64,000 nucleotides of DNA from Lama guanicoe (lineage: Eukaryota): NCBI GenBank assembly GCA_013239625.1, contig MU054187.1:5963757-6027756 (forward strand), given 5' to 3'. The notes beneath the pieces were generated by a model. The model worked only from the letters and a program-made list of their open reading frames with translations. It had not been told where the DNA came from and did no database searches. Positions 14,800 through 29,650 of this stretch are shown here, one piece after another (within the stretch, counting starts at the first letter, position 1; each line of letters starts with the position of its first letter). The position numbers and the translations under genes are program-made.

Positions 14800-15580
14800 A
14801 GCATTAGAATCCCATGTGTCTAAAATAGACTCTTCATTCTCTCCTTGAAACCTGATTTTCTTCCTTTTTCATTTATCTCCGTTCACGGTATATCCTTCCA
14901 TCTCAATCACTTAAGCCAGAAATGAAATCATCTTTAAACACCTTACCGTTCTTACCTTACTCTTTCCCAAGTCCTGTTCATTTCTCCAGAGTACTTATCA
15001 AGTTAGATCTTTGCTTTCCATTCTGATTGCCACTGTTCTGATTTGTCAGGCCTTCGTTTCTTACCTCGATTATTCTAAACTCTTTGCTGGCCTTCCTGTT
15101 GCCAACTTTGCCTCTTGTAATTCATCCTCTAAGCCACCCTCTGATTTTTGTCCCCCACCTGCGTCCTACCTTTCAAGGGTTTCTTGGTGCCTTGTGGGCC
15201 ACCTCTTTACGCTCATCTCACATGGCTGCCTGTCCCCTGCTTCCACTGTGACTGAACTTAAACTCTGCCTCTCCACCCAGAATGCCCATCCCTCCTCTTA
15301 ATTTTCCTAATAAATGAGAGGGAGCCTACGTACCTCCGACCCTTCATCCACAGGGCTTTCTCTCTTGACAGTTTTTCAGCAGCAGACATTGTCATGCCAT
15401 GTTACCCTTCTAAACAACTATTGTGGAAGTTTTTGTGTGGTGTTCGAACTCTGGATTTACATCTGTCCTATACTACCGTGTGCTTGAGGTTAGAGATACT
15501 CATTTACCCGAGTATATAACTGAATATGTGTATTCAGTGCCTGGTACAAATCAGGTACACAGTAAAAAGCTCATTGAATG
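14800..15580 (+). mobile_element. L2 LINE fragments
   Basis: Pyrimidine-rich L2-like motifs ending in cagtgcctggtaca...cattgaatg. Confidence 0.55.
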
Positions 15581-16639
15581 GAAGGACTAAAGTACTAAGG
15601 AATTAAATGTATCTGTGTTATCTCTGCTAGAAAGAGGAAGAGGAAGTTCTTAAATATTGTAATCCCCAAACCTTTCTAACCTAATAGTTCGGGGTTCTCT
15701 CTCTGCTTTATTTCCCTGGTGAAATTGGTCAGGATTTGTTTAAGCCATCTCCTTTCCTTAATAAGCATTTACATGTAGTGTTAATTTTTGTAAAGGGAAG
15801 GAAGAACACAGGATGCAACACATATTTTGTACTTCCAGAAATAATGCTAGCAATCCAGAGTAACTTCTAGGGACAAAGAAGCTTTTTAAAGGATATGAAA
15901 AGTGTGTGCTTTTAATGTTCAGTTTTAACGGCAGCATAAGCAAAATAAATAAAAATTTCTTTGAGCTGTGTTAAAGTTCCTGATAAAGAGAAGATAAATA
16001 TGGCCAGAATATTAATCCTGTGAATCCTGCTTCTGCTGCATTTGTGCAGGGTCTTGGGTGAGTCATTTCCGCTTTCACAGTTCAGTGCTTGTTAGTAAAA
16101 TGAGGGTTACTGTAGATCAGTAGATTTAGCAGTGGCCCTCTTTCTTCTAATGAAACACAGGAGACTGAATGAAAGACAGAAGAGCAGAGCAGCTCTGCTC
16201 TGGAGTAAGGATGTCGGGGAACCTGAGGGAAAGAGAAGGCGACCGTTCTGCCTCCTTCCTGCCCCATCCCCAGAAGTGGCCCCTGCCGGACGTCTGGGAG
16301 GGAACTGGAAAGCTGAGGCCCCTCCCCCTGCAGCTAAATCAGAGGGAATCCAGCCACTTTCAGTCCCAGAGTTTGAAGAAGCTTTGCGTTTAAAATCATC
16401 TCCAGTTCTAATCTGATGTTCTTTCTACAAGGCTTTCCTATCTCTGCATAATATCCAAGTCTCACCTCCGTATATTTCCTTCTTTAGGGCTCCCTGTACA
16501 CATTGTATGTTGCTAATTTGATGTTTAGTTTTGTTTAATCATGATACTGTAGTTCACCGAGGAGTGCTTCTCCTGCTGTCCCCACACCGTTGCCCTCAGA
16601 CAGAGCTCGGGGTTGGGAGAGCTGGCGAGCGTTGGGTTC

Positions 16640-16980
16640 TTCCCATGAGCCGAGCACTGTTGTCAGTGCTGTCCCTTCATCCTCCGCCAAGTCTGAGGCA
16701 GGCATCGTCATTACCTTCATTGTACAGAGAGGTTAAGCATCGATCGGGTCCAGAGCAACACAGACAGAGGTGGCACGGGGCTTGGACCCTGGACAGCGTG
16801 GTTCAGAGCCCCACATTAGCCATGCTGCTAATAAACTTACGGGGGCAACTTTAACCCACAAAATGTTTTCTCACTTTTTACACATATTTTGAATTTCTCT
16901 TCAGAAATAATGAAAACCTATGTAAATCGTTTAGCGTAATGACTGGCCCACAGTAAGTACTTAGTAAATGCTAGTTACTA
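16640..16980. mobile_element. MIR fragments
   Basis: tacagagaggttaagc; tttagcgtaatgactggcccacagtaagtacttagtaaatgctag. Confidence 0.55.
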
Positions 16981-17203
16981 CAAGCATTGGGAGATGGACA
17001 CCTATAATGTGTGTAGCATTGATTCGCAAGTGAGAAGAAAATTAAATGGCATTCTAGTTCTGTGTTCCGCAGTTCTCAGAGAGAACTAAAGAGTTGCTTA
17101 TTTTACAGGATACTTTATTTAGCATCTATTCAAGATGTTTAAATGAAGCTAAGATACTTTGATTTATTTTGATTCTTAACAACAGAGGCTGTGATTTTTA
17201 TCT

Positions 17204-17222
17204 TGCCACCAGGTGGCAGCAT
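17204..17222 (+). promoter_or_regulatory. CTCF-like motif in RAB2A intron
   Basis: TGCCACCAGGTGGCAGCA, close to the CTCF core CCAC/GCAGG/AG/TGGC. Confidence 0.6.
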
Positions 17223-20200
17223 GTTACACAAGGAAATAATCTAAATGTTACTCTGTCGTAGACAATTTATTTTCAGTACTGTGCCCTAAAAACTGTTAAA
17301 CCACAATAAAAATAAAATGTGATTCCATGTTCCCCTTTGCCTCTATTCTCTCACTGGATGTGAAGGCGCTCATAGCATACTGTCCACAGCCTCTGGCTGG
17401 CCCCGCCTCTGTCTTGCCCTGCACACACTTCCTCTGTCAGTGCAAGAGTTGATTTTTTCCTGCATCCTCAACTGCACATTAAGCCCTCGTGCTTAGTTCT
17501 CTGAACTAAATTGTTTTAGGTCAGCAGCAGTAGGAACTACATTCTCCTCTTTCCTCTGTCTTCCGTGGTACCCAGAGAAGTGCCGAGTCTGTGGGAACTA
17601 TTTAATAGATGCCCTTGGGCAAAGGACAAGTGATAGGGAGGATACAGACCCGCTGTGTCTCTGCTGAACATTTATTTGAATTACAGCACATTTATACTTC
17701 TTTGTGATTGTGTTTATTTTAATTTGTGGTATAGAAGTCCCTGAAAACTTAAGTTTAGGTATTATCAGAACCATTCAGATAACTACTGCCAAGGGTTAAA
17801 AGATTAGTGTCTGAGGTGGAAGGCAGTTAATGGCTAATGAAGGTAAAGGACTGAACATGGCAATTAATCAAAGTAGGGCAGAGGGGGAGCTAATGGAAAA
17901 ATGGGGAGAGAGTCAGGCTTCGGGCCCCGGCGTGGAGCGCTGTGTGGGAAGGCAGGAGGCTCGCCAAGTTAAGTTGGCTGCAAGGAAATTTGTGTGTACT
18001 TCCTAGTCGTGGGTCTGCCTCGACTGTTTTACAGGGCTAGTGATGAATTCCTTTCACATCACTTTGTCAGCAGTTTTTTTTTTCCTATTCTAAAACCTAT
18101 TTATTAATATTCAGATTTAACTATATTTGAAACGTTGTGTAGAGACGAATATAATGTTTGTAATTCTGACTTCTGTGACAAAACCTGCAATGATCTTTAG
18201 GGTGTCATGTTTTAAAAGCATTTCATTCATTAACCAGTGCTAAAAATTTTCTCTGGTTGATGGATGCCATCATCTTACTTCATTTTTTTGATAGTAAGGA
18301 AATAATTATTCCAGATAATTTAATTGTTAAAAATCTTACCCCGGTAAATGTCAAGACTCATAAGAATAGTGACAGCATTTCAAAACTGTATTTCATATTA
18401 CTTAGTTAAACAGCAAGTCCTGAGCCTCTCTCTTCTTAATGACTTGAACCATCGTCCCCAACACACGTGCTCTTCCGGCAGGAGCTGTGAGCTGTCCGCA
18501 GCTGTGCCGGCTCCTCGCGGCCTCTTCCCCTGACCTGCACACGCTCGTTCCCGGCCTCTCACACGGGCACACCCTCACACACGCTCCTTCCCTTTCTCCT
18601 TCCCCCTCCTTCTCATGATTTGCTTCTGTAGCCTGGGGAATAGAAAAAGTAAAACTAGTTAAAATGACGTCTAAAATTAGAAGGAATTTCAATTTAAGAC
18701 TGTCCTATTAAAGCATGAGCTTTAGTGTAAAGGCTTTGTAATATCCATTTAGTTAGCTTATTGTTGCTAATTTTTTCTTTTTTTTTTTTTTCTGTGTTCT
18801 AGAGGTATTTCAGAATGTTACATCTCTACCTTGAAAAACATATATGGAGATTGACTTTAAGTGACTGTAGTGAAATGAGCAATTAAAGAAAATTCTAGCC
18901 AGTTATTGTAACAGATATGTATCTCTTGTCTTTCTGAGTTTCTGAAATGCTTTGCAGCCTTAGTGGACAGTTACTGTCTGTGACACCTAAGGCTCTTATC
19001 TTTGAAGTTTCATTTGATCTCTTAATAAGCCTGAATGGTATTTGGTTAATGTTTATTGTATTAGGAAACTCAACAATTTCAGTCCGTAGCCACATACTTT
19101 TAAAACAGGTCTCCTACTGTCTACATTTGTCACACATTAGATTTTAAACTCTGAGGAGTTAAATTGATCATTAAAATTGATCATTAATTAATCACTTAGT
19201 AATATATATGAAATACTAATTTTTGCTATGATGTAGATAAAACAATTCATTTATATAGTATCTTCTCTGTAATATGCTCAGAGGAATGGAAAATATTTTA
19301 TTCCACTGTCGTTAGTACGTAATCAGAGAGTTGGATGACAGGTAGATGTAGCATTGTCTGAAGACTATTTCATTGAGGTGATGGGAATTAGAAAAGAAAA
19401 GATGACTGTTTGTTATGTTTAATTGTAATGGAGTTAATTGCAGGTCTTTCAGATATAAAATACATCGTAAGTCCATTGGGTACAACTATTCTTAAAGGTG
19501 CTTAATAAAGTATTAAGTACTATTTAGGAAATAAAATTAGTATTGACTTGGAAATTTTAACATAAATAAAAATACAGCCTTAAGCCAGTTTTAAAGTGAT
19601 TCATCAGCAGATTAGCAAGAAATCAATGTATTTATATCCATTGGCATATTTAATAATGACTTTTGTAATATAAATGTTTGTTTATATGAAGTTATAACTC
19701 ATTTGTGGGACCTTGTAGTTCTGTCTGATGTTCCAGTGAAATATACACATGTGGGTGCCCCTACAGTAGGAGTTGAACCCTGTGAATTTGTGAATCTGTT
19801 GACTTCAATATTTAGTTAGCCTGGTTTCTCAGGCCATCGCTGTAATTGACATGTTATTAGAAATAGAGTTAAGTTTTTCCTTATTTATAAGGATAACCTC
19901 AATTTTGAGGAATGTGAATCAATTCATAGTTGGCTGGAAGCCAGTTTCTCCTTTGCTTTAACTCCAGCACGCACGGAACGCGCACTTGCTTCCTGAGTGC
20001 CTTGTGAATCTGCAGTGATTAATTCTTCTCATTATTTTGCTGCAGATTCTCATGACCCTCTCAGATGATTCGATCAGCCACTTAGAGTCTGTGCATATTC
20101 ATGTCTCTGTGCTCCTGCCGCAGCCGCTCACGTCTCCTTCACTGACTGGTGTGTTCTTGGTGCAGTAATTGAGCTGCAGTAGATTGATTACTCTGGGGAG

Positions 20201-20899
20201 CTGTAAGGCCTTTAAAGGTGAAAACATATCAGTCCTGTTAATTAGGAAACAAAAGCTCTGGTGGCAAGTTCAGCAGTCAAATGCTTCCCGTGTAGAATAG
20301 ACGAAAGGTACGATGCGTTCCTCTCCGTGAACCCTGTTTACTTTTTCAGTTTTGAATTAAGTCTGTATTAGTGGTAGTGGAGAACAGCCTTGTCTTATGA
20401 ATTTTCACAGAAGGCTGATTGAATATAACATTAATACTATCATCTGTGATCTCTCGGATCTGATAGTTTGGAACATGAGTTTATATACACCTTTTGTAGC
20501 ATTGGCAATATTTGGTGAAAATATCTTAATATCTTACATAAATATAGAATGCTTACGGATCAGCTTTGAGTTTTAGAGGCTTAATTTGGTTACAGTGCTT
20601 TAACACTCATTTTTTTGTCAGTTTAGTGTGCTATATGGGAAAAGGGTGGGACTTCATTCAACATGGCGTAGAAGTTGAGCTGCCTTTATCTCTTTATCAT
20701 AAACGTCCTTTGATTCTTTCCCTCTTAAACTGTATGTTAAGTAGTACATTGTCTGGCAAAAGGGAACCTGTGTGGAACAGTGGCCTCCAAAAGTAAGCTA
20801 GTTTCAACATGGAAGTTTATGCGGCTTATCTGGTTTACATGTTTTTCTCGTGTGTGCTGTTCTTATGTTATGGTCCATCCCCCCCTTCTCCCATCATGA

Positions 20900-21731
<832 letters not shown>

Positions 21732-23529
21732 TAGAATTGAACTTGGATTAAAATTCCTAAAATGGATCTATGATGTCAGCACATTATTTTATAGTCATCT
21801 AATGGAAGATTTGTTGTATGTTGTATAATAGTTAAATGTTTATGTTCTAGTAGAACATAACTTTATGTTTGAAAACAGATTGAAGTGACTGACCCTATCC
21901 ATTTATTGCAAGCAGTGCAAAATAATATAAATCCTCCAAAGAGAAGAAAATCCACACATCCATCTGGTGTCATCTGCTTCAGGGAATCATTTTCTAGTGT
22001 GTAGATGCTTGTGTGATGTTGCTAATGCAGGATGCGTGCTCTGCTGTCTGGTACGGGGGAGGAAGTGCCTGATTTGGAAACCACTCCCTCTACAGCAGAG
22101 CGTGTTCCCAGAGACAAAATTAATATACGTAATTGGCAGTTGGCACTAGCTGTTTTGTTTGTTTTTGTGGGTTTAGGGAGTTTTTCTGTTTTTTGTTTTT
22201 TTGTAAAGTTATTCTGAGCCAGTTTTGATCAACGTGATTAGGATAAAATGTAAAGCTCTGAAGTAAATAATTCAGTGTTTACCAAAAGCCATCATTCTGA
22301 CCTAAATTCCCACTATGCATTTATCCTTACTTATTTCAGAATTGTTATGTGGATACGGCATGTTATTTACTTTCACATGAATATTTTTGCGAGTCTGTAT
22401 TAAGACTTTTTGCTTCCAAGAAAAGAACCCTTGCTCCTCCCGCAGGTCCACCAAGCAAGGCATCGTGTTAGGACGTCACCGTGTGTGTGTCTCTTGGCCC
22501 GCACGAAAGCAGCTCGCCATTATTTGCCTCCATTTTCTTTGCTAAAACAAACAAGAGTTTGCTTAAGTTTTCCAAAAAGTACTTGATTGTCTCATTTCTT
22601 TTAATTTGTAGTGATACAGTTTCTAACCCGTATCTTCTAGACAGTAGGTCTGGAGTTAAAGGGAGCACTGCTCAGAGCCTAAGGCGTAGACTGACCGGCA
22701 GCCGGGCCGCGGTGCGGGGGCGCTGCGCGTCCGTCCGCGCTCCCGCAGTCGCCGGCCGCGTCGCCGTGCCGTCGGGAGCCGGCGGCCGTGCGGTTTGCTT
22801 GGCCTGATGCCAAGTCTGACTCCGTGATTCCTCCAGAAGTCGCTACCAGCCCAGAGGGGGCAAAACCAATGAGCCATAGGGCATGCTTTTTATTAAAGAG
22901 GAGTCAAAAGAGCGAAAAGAAACCACATCAGCTGCTGTCAATACTGAGCTAGTGCCAGAAGCCCCAAGGCTGCTCCTGTTGCAGAACAACTGCCAAGCAC
23001 TATAAATCTGAGATTTACTGTGACGTAAAGTTTCCTTAAGAGCTTAATTTCTGAAGCTACTGTATTACTTTTCTCCAAGTGTTGTATTTTTAGGTAAAAT
23101 CCACTTGAGGGAGTGAGGGTTAAGACAGAAGTGTGAGTTTGATGAATGAAAGAACTGCTCTGTGTGTGGGTTCTTGGCAGGCTGCCACGTCTTTGGGGAT
23201 CATAGAAATTATTGATGACACAGAACACTCGTGTGCCCGTAGCCTGTGCAGCCGACGCGGCGCGGCGCGGAGGCGCCGCCGGGGGCAGGGCTGCTCGCCG
23301 TCCGCAGCCGCGTAGGCTCCGCGCGCTTCTCCCCTGTAAAGATCACGCTGTAAACAGCCTCCCCGTGGTGAGAACCCCCTTCGACGCAGCTCTGCAGCCT
23401 CTGCTAGCCCAGCACCTGGGATGACAGGAGTTACTGTGTTATTTTCAAAGGAAGGCGCCTCCCCTGAGAGATGTTGCTTTCATTATTGCAAATATGTGCT
23501 TTGTGTATTGTGTTTTTTTAGTCATTTGA

Positions 23530-23724
<195 letters not shown>

Positions 23725-26085
23725 GTCTGTACTGCCTTGCGGCCCACGTGGGGCTCCCCACTCACCCCTCACCCTCCCCTCCCGCTCAGCTGAGACATGA
23801 AACTATTCGAAATGGCTTTATGTCGCAGAAGACTTTAATCCTTCAAATTCTTGTATAACTTTGAATAAATGGTTAATGTTCACTTAAAAAGACAGATTTT
23901 GAAGATTGTATTCATATCTATTTGCATTTGATTTCTAGGTCAATTGATGTGATTATTTTTGTTAAATGTTGTCGTGTGCCCCTACCTACAAACTGAATTG
24001 TATTAAACACTACAAAGTCATCCTGAGTATTTTAAATCAGTTTGTGTAGTTAGGTTTCCCCACACCTGTGGTTACCTAATGTTTAATATTAGAGAACTGT
24101 CCTCAAAAGTTTGTCAGTTTTCAAGGCTATAGGGAAAACAGAAGGACTCTTTTAATTCTGTATTTATCGTTTCCTTTCTGTATATATAGTTTAATAACCT
24201 GCTTGGGTGTCATTTGCCAAGCTTGAATTCTTTAATGCATTTGCATAAATTCTCTACCGTTTAGAGCTTAAAGCTACAGAAGCATTGTTAGGAATTGCTT
24301 GGACACTGAATTTTCAACTTTTTGACATTGTTAACAAGCATGTTCATCTTTTCTTGTCACCAGTCCAAGAAAAATACGCTTAATGTACAATAGTAGAGGC
24401 TGTGTACGTGTTAACCTGTTTTAACGCCAAAAGTTTGCTCTTTGTCCACAGTTTCTTTAAGACCTCTTCAGAAAAGGATTTGTTTGCCTTAATGAGTACT
24501 GTTGGGTCAAAACCCAGTGAAATGAGTGAGATGGGCGGACGCAGGAACTCCCTCCACCTGAGCGACTCCAGGAAGCATGAATGTCCACATTTAGATGACA
24601 CATTATGAGGACTTTAATCTTTCCTTAAACACAATAATGTTTTCTTTTTCTTTTATTCACATGATTTCTAAGTATATTTTTCATGCAGGACAGTTTTTCA
24701 ACCTTGATGTACAGTGACTGTGTAAACTTTTTTCTTTCAGTGGCAACCTATGATCTTTACAATATGGTAAGCACCTTGTCTGTTTGGAAGGGGATATGAC
24801 GATAAATATTCTACCAGATGGAAAATCCTGTTAAAAGTAGAAAAGCATTAGTAATTTACTCAGTGTGGTGGTTTTATCCTTTTTTTTCTTTCTCTCCCTT
24901 GGTCTCTAATGAAATTGTTATAGCAGTGCAAAATAAAATCCTATGTATAAAAGTGTTCTTTTTTTTATTGTGACCACATCATTTTTTAAGAATGTATTTG
25001 TTTAGTCTATCAACAGCTTTTACATGTAGTTGGCATATATTTTTTAAAGGGTCAAAATGTTTAACATTATCCTTTTAAAATTTTTTGCTAGAATGTGATA
25101 CAAAGCTTTTTTATAATATTGAAATTCTTTTTGTTATTGATTATGTAAGCATGTTATTTTCCACTTTTCAGCCAGCGCAAAAGTGCTTAAGCTCTAAGAA
25201 AGCCTTATAAAGAAGTTCTAAGTAGGAAGCTAACTGGTTTTAATTCACTCGCTGACTTCATCTTTCTACCCGTCTTTCCTGAAAATTCAGCAATACTCTG
25301 CCAAAGCTTTGACATCACTCCTGCGAGCAGTCACCTAATGCTGTCTTAGTGTTTTGCTTTCACTGGCTCCTAGAGGGCAAAGGGAAAGGTGAGAGGAGAT
25401 TGAGTTTCTTGAGTATTTTTATTATAAACGTTTTTCCCTCTAAGTGGTTTATCAAACTCCTGACCTTACCTTCAGTCTCATTAGTGGTGAGTGGAAGACG
25501 TTAAGACATCCAGGACTTGTTCTGCTCTGTACCTGGAAGGAGGTGATTCTTTGGGAACTTGTTATTTTTTAACTGTTACTGACTTTTCCAGAAACAAAGG
25601 GTATTTCTTTTCCATACTGACGACTCTAATTCTTTTATAAATTAAGTGATTTGTAAAAGGGAAGAGAGAAGGGAAAGCAGTGTAGAAACAAACAACAGTG
25701 AAGCAGCACGTGTATTTTAATGCCCTCCGGAAAGCTGGCGCCCTCAAACGCAGCTCCCGCACAGCAGCCCGCACCTGCCTGGGGCTCAGGCAGGCGATGG
25801 CGGCCTCCCCGGCGCTCCCCACCCGTGCCCTCTGCAGGCCCCGTCTGCCACTGGGGGACACCGGGATGGACCCTTGGCGTCAGCTGACAGCAGCATTACT
25901 GCCTCATCTCCTCTCTGCTGTGGTGTTACCCTGTCACAAGTGGTGTGGTGGCACCTGTAACTGGACCTTTACTGCCGCAATTGAGTCCTTACATGGTCTT
26001 TGGTCAGTTTTTGTAGCACCTGTGGACATGTATTAAGAGGTAGACAGCCACTAAAAAAATAAACACAACTTTTAATGTCTCAACA
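23725..26085 (+). other. RAB2A: RAB2A 3' UTR (end uncertain; several polyadenylation signals)
   Basis: AU-rich, repeat-free sequence after the stop; AATAAA at 23864, 24932 and 26058, ATTAAA at 24002. Confidence 0.7.
24932..24975 (+). terminator. Polyadenylation signal with downstream GU/U-rich element
   Basis: AATAAA at 24932-24937 followed ~15 nt later by gtgttcttttttttattgtg. Confidence 0.65.
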
Positions 26086-26744
26086 TGAAACTTTCCAAAG
26101 TTGTAATCCATAAAGACAGGGTTATACTTTGCCTTCTAAATTTAACACACCTGAGTTGAGAGCAGGTTTTGAAAGAGCAGTGTATAATTAGACAATCCAA
26201 ATGGTATGTGGGAGCGGAACTGGATCTTCATACACAGTTTGTTTTTAATTTTAAAATAGCCTGTTAATAGGGGGAAAATAGTCCCCATTGATTTTCTAAT
26301 AGTCATAGGGTAAGAATGTAAATGATGCCGCAGCGTATCTGATCACTCTAAAAGTGATTTGTGTCTGTCTTCGGAACACATTAAACATTTATTCTCATAG
26401 GTGGTGAAGCCCCGTCTAAGCTCAGTACCAAGATTGGCAACATGAGGTTTGACCATGTGGGCTAAAAAGTAATACAAAAAGAAAACATCATAATGCAGAA
26501 AGGTAGCCTTGTTCCATAGTAACCAACTGACTACACAACCAACATCATATCTGCAGTTCTTGACGTTTACACGTACTTTGGTGTTCAAATGAAAATAGAA
26601 TTTAACCCCGTAAATAGAGAATCTTGCATTGCATTAGTATATACTAGATTATAGTACTTTACTTGGCTGAAGTCATGATGGGAAACTTGAAAGTGCCGAC
26701 GTGTATTTTCAGTGTTTGTTGGCTTTAGAAAAATCCTAAGGCCA

Positions 26745-29170
26745 ACTCTTAAAAACAGAAAGACAAAGGATCAAAAACCTGATAGAAAAAAAAATTGAAG
26801 AAGATAACTCACCAAAAAGAAGATATAAAAGTGTTCCTGAAATATATTTTAAAATTCAAACAATTAGAGAAATGCAAATTAAAACTGAAATACATTTCTC
26901 ACCTGTGAGTTTGGAAGAAGGTCAATAAAAGGACAACACATTCTGTTGCTGAAATGCTCTCATATGTGGCTGGCGGAAGTGCCGGCTGATACAACCTTTC
27001 TGGAGAGGAACTAGGCAATATGTAATAAAACCGAGATATACTTACCCTGTTGACCCATCATTTCCACCTCTAGGAAAATACCCTGATGGTACCCCTCAAC
27101 AGTACAAGAGCACATACACACAAGGTTGCTCACTGCAGCATTGATCGTAATTGCAAATAATTGAAAATGACCTAAACGTCTATATACACAGGAGAGTGGT
27201 TCAGTAAACTGGTACGTCACATGGTGTAGTCCTACACAACTAAAAAGTATGAGGAAGAGCTCTGTGAACTGATGTCATGATTTCCAGGAAGTATTAAGTG
27301 AGAAAAGCAAAATGCAAGCATGTCTACAGTTTACAATCCTTCACTTAATAAGGAAGCAGTAGGAGAAAATATACATGTATTTGCTCATCTGTGCAAAAGA
27401 AACACAAGAAGAATAAACTAGAAATTAATGAGACTGGTTACCTGCAGAGAGTAGGTGAATACGAGGGCAAAGTAAGGAGGGTTGGGGTTGAGGTATTTGG
27501 GATGAGTGACGCCTCTCAATGTACACCTTTAACTCTGATTCAAAACTACAATGATGTTTCACATACTCTGAAAATAAAATCAACCATGATGTGCCAGGAA
27601 CTTGAAATACAAACTAATGACTGAACCTACCTATATTACAAATAAGTGACATTACCCCACTGAAGAGGGTAGGAAAGAAAGCCATACAACCAGCAACTTT
27701 GGGAAACAGGATTTTAAGTGTAAACTTTAAGGCTAAAGGCAAAATGAACCATACACCAATATTATACTCTGGTTAGTAAGGAATATAGGTTAGCGATTCT
27801 AAAAGTATTTCCACATACTAAGACTGAGCGAATGGATATATTGTTAATAGTGAAAAATCCACAGTGAAAGCAAAGGTTTTCATTCTTGAAAGAGGACTTG
27901 ACAAGTACAATTGGGAAAGGCCAGAACGAACCCTGTGGTGTTGGGTTGGAATTGGAGATGTCAGGAACTCAGTTTTTATACGTACAGAAGTGTAGATAAA
28001 CAGATAGTTGTGTGTGTGAATAAACATACACGTTTTCTAGCTTTGTCTGCTGAGAGGAACTAAAGGTAAAGCCACGCCAGTAGCAATGAGCCCAGCCAGT
28101 GCCCAGGTATTGGTTTCTAAATACCATTTCCTTAGGGAACTAGAGCTCCTTGGAGAAGTGGTTGATTCCAGGGCTGAGTCAGGGATATTAAGAAATGAGC
28201 CAGCAGTGAGGGTCTAGCTCAAGTGGTAGAGCACATGCTTAGCATGCATGAGGTCCTGGGTTCAATCTCCAGCAACTCCATTAAAAAAATTAATATATAA
28301 ACAAACCTAATTACCTCCCCTTTCCTGCCCCTGAAAAAAAATGAGCCTGGAACATCTTGTGATACCAAAAAAATAAGGAAGTGCTCATAAAATGAGGGGT
28401 GGGGCAGCATGTCAAAGGACACAGGAACCAGCTTGTTCCTTTTCTATGGCCAAATCTGGCACAATTTGAAAAAAACAGCTAATTGTAATGGATTATAAAC
28501 CATGGCATAAATAACTAAAATATAAATGAAGGCATAAATGGAGGGGAAGGGGCAGACTTTTCTTATAGCAGAACACCAATTTTAAAGAAGTCATAATGTA
28601 AGCAGAAAATCATCAAAGAACAAACAATTGTTGAAGTTGGGAATCGTTAATGAATCCTGAACGTGGTGGGCAAAAGCATGACAAGGAAGATGCATTCGTA
28701 GCCTCAGCAGACCACAACATACAACTACAGAAGGAAGAACACTAACTTGATGGTCAACTAACTTGACAGCACCTTCAAGTGGTCAGTAAGACACGAGGAT
28801 GGCAGGTACGGATGGGTGGGACGCCCTGCGCAGGGCACAGTTCTGTGGAATTCTTGCCCAAAATGTATAACCTCAGCCTACTCATTGAGAAACCTGGGGC
28901 AAACTCAAATTGGGGAAAATCCTATGAAGTGGCCAGTACTCTTCAAATACATCAAGGTCATGAATGATCAAGAAAAAGGGACAGTCAGAGATTGGAGAAG
29001 ACAGACATGACAGCTAAGTGCAATGTGGGATGCCAGATGGATCCTGGAGGAGGGGTTTGGTGAAGGAGAAGGGGCATGCAGGGGACTGTCTGCTATAGCA
29101 GCGTTCTGTTTCCTGACCTGAGGTTTGCTTTACAGTTCTTTAAACTGTGCCAATGTGTTTTATGCACTTT
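26745..29170 (+). mobile_element. Old L1 (L1MC/MD-like) 3' fragments, SINE-interrupted
   Basis: agagaaatgcaaattaaaac, ttgacccatcatttccacctctagga, gaattcttgcccaaaatgtataacctc, taagtgcaatgtggga. Confidence 0.8.
28208..28340 (+). mobile_element. tRNA-derived SINE (Vic-1-like) nested in an old L1
   Basis: TAGCTCAAGTGGTAGAGC...GGTTCAATCTCC; TSD AAATGAGCC at 28193 and 28339. Confidence 0.9.
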
Positions 29171-29264
29171 CTTGTAAGTTAGATTTCATCTCCATCAAAC
29201 AAAAATGCTGCCTCATGAGTTGTCCTCAAAACTTCCACGTATGAAGTTTACCTTATCCCCTTGT

Positions 29265-29650
29265 TAAGTGTTGAATTGTGCCCCCACCCCCAAGAAAGAC
29301 ACATGCTGAAGATCTAACCCCTAGCACTTCAGAATTTGTCTTTATTTGGAAATAGGATGGTTGCTGATGTAATTAGTTAAGATGAAGTCATCCTGGAGCA
29401 GGGCTGGTGTCCTTATTAGAAGACAGCCACATGAAGACACACGGGGAGAAGGCAAGTCTCAAACCAAGGAACGCCAAAGATCGCCAGCAGGCCACCGAGG
29501 AAGGAGTCGCCTACAGGTTTTAGAGGGATTACAGCCCTGCTGACATCTTGACTTCAGGCTTCTAGCCTCCAGAACTGTGAGACAATGCATCTCTGTGGTT
29601 TAAACCACCCAGCCTGCCACACTGTCAGAGCAGCCCTGGCGAACTGCCCA
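29265..29650 (+). mobile_element. MLT1 (ERVL-MaLR) solo LTR
   Basis: tgaattgtgccccc...ttatttggaaatagg...gatgtaattagttaagatga...ttctagcctccagaactgtgagacaat. Confidence 0.9.
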
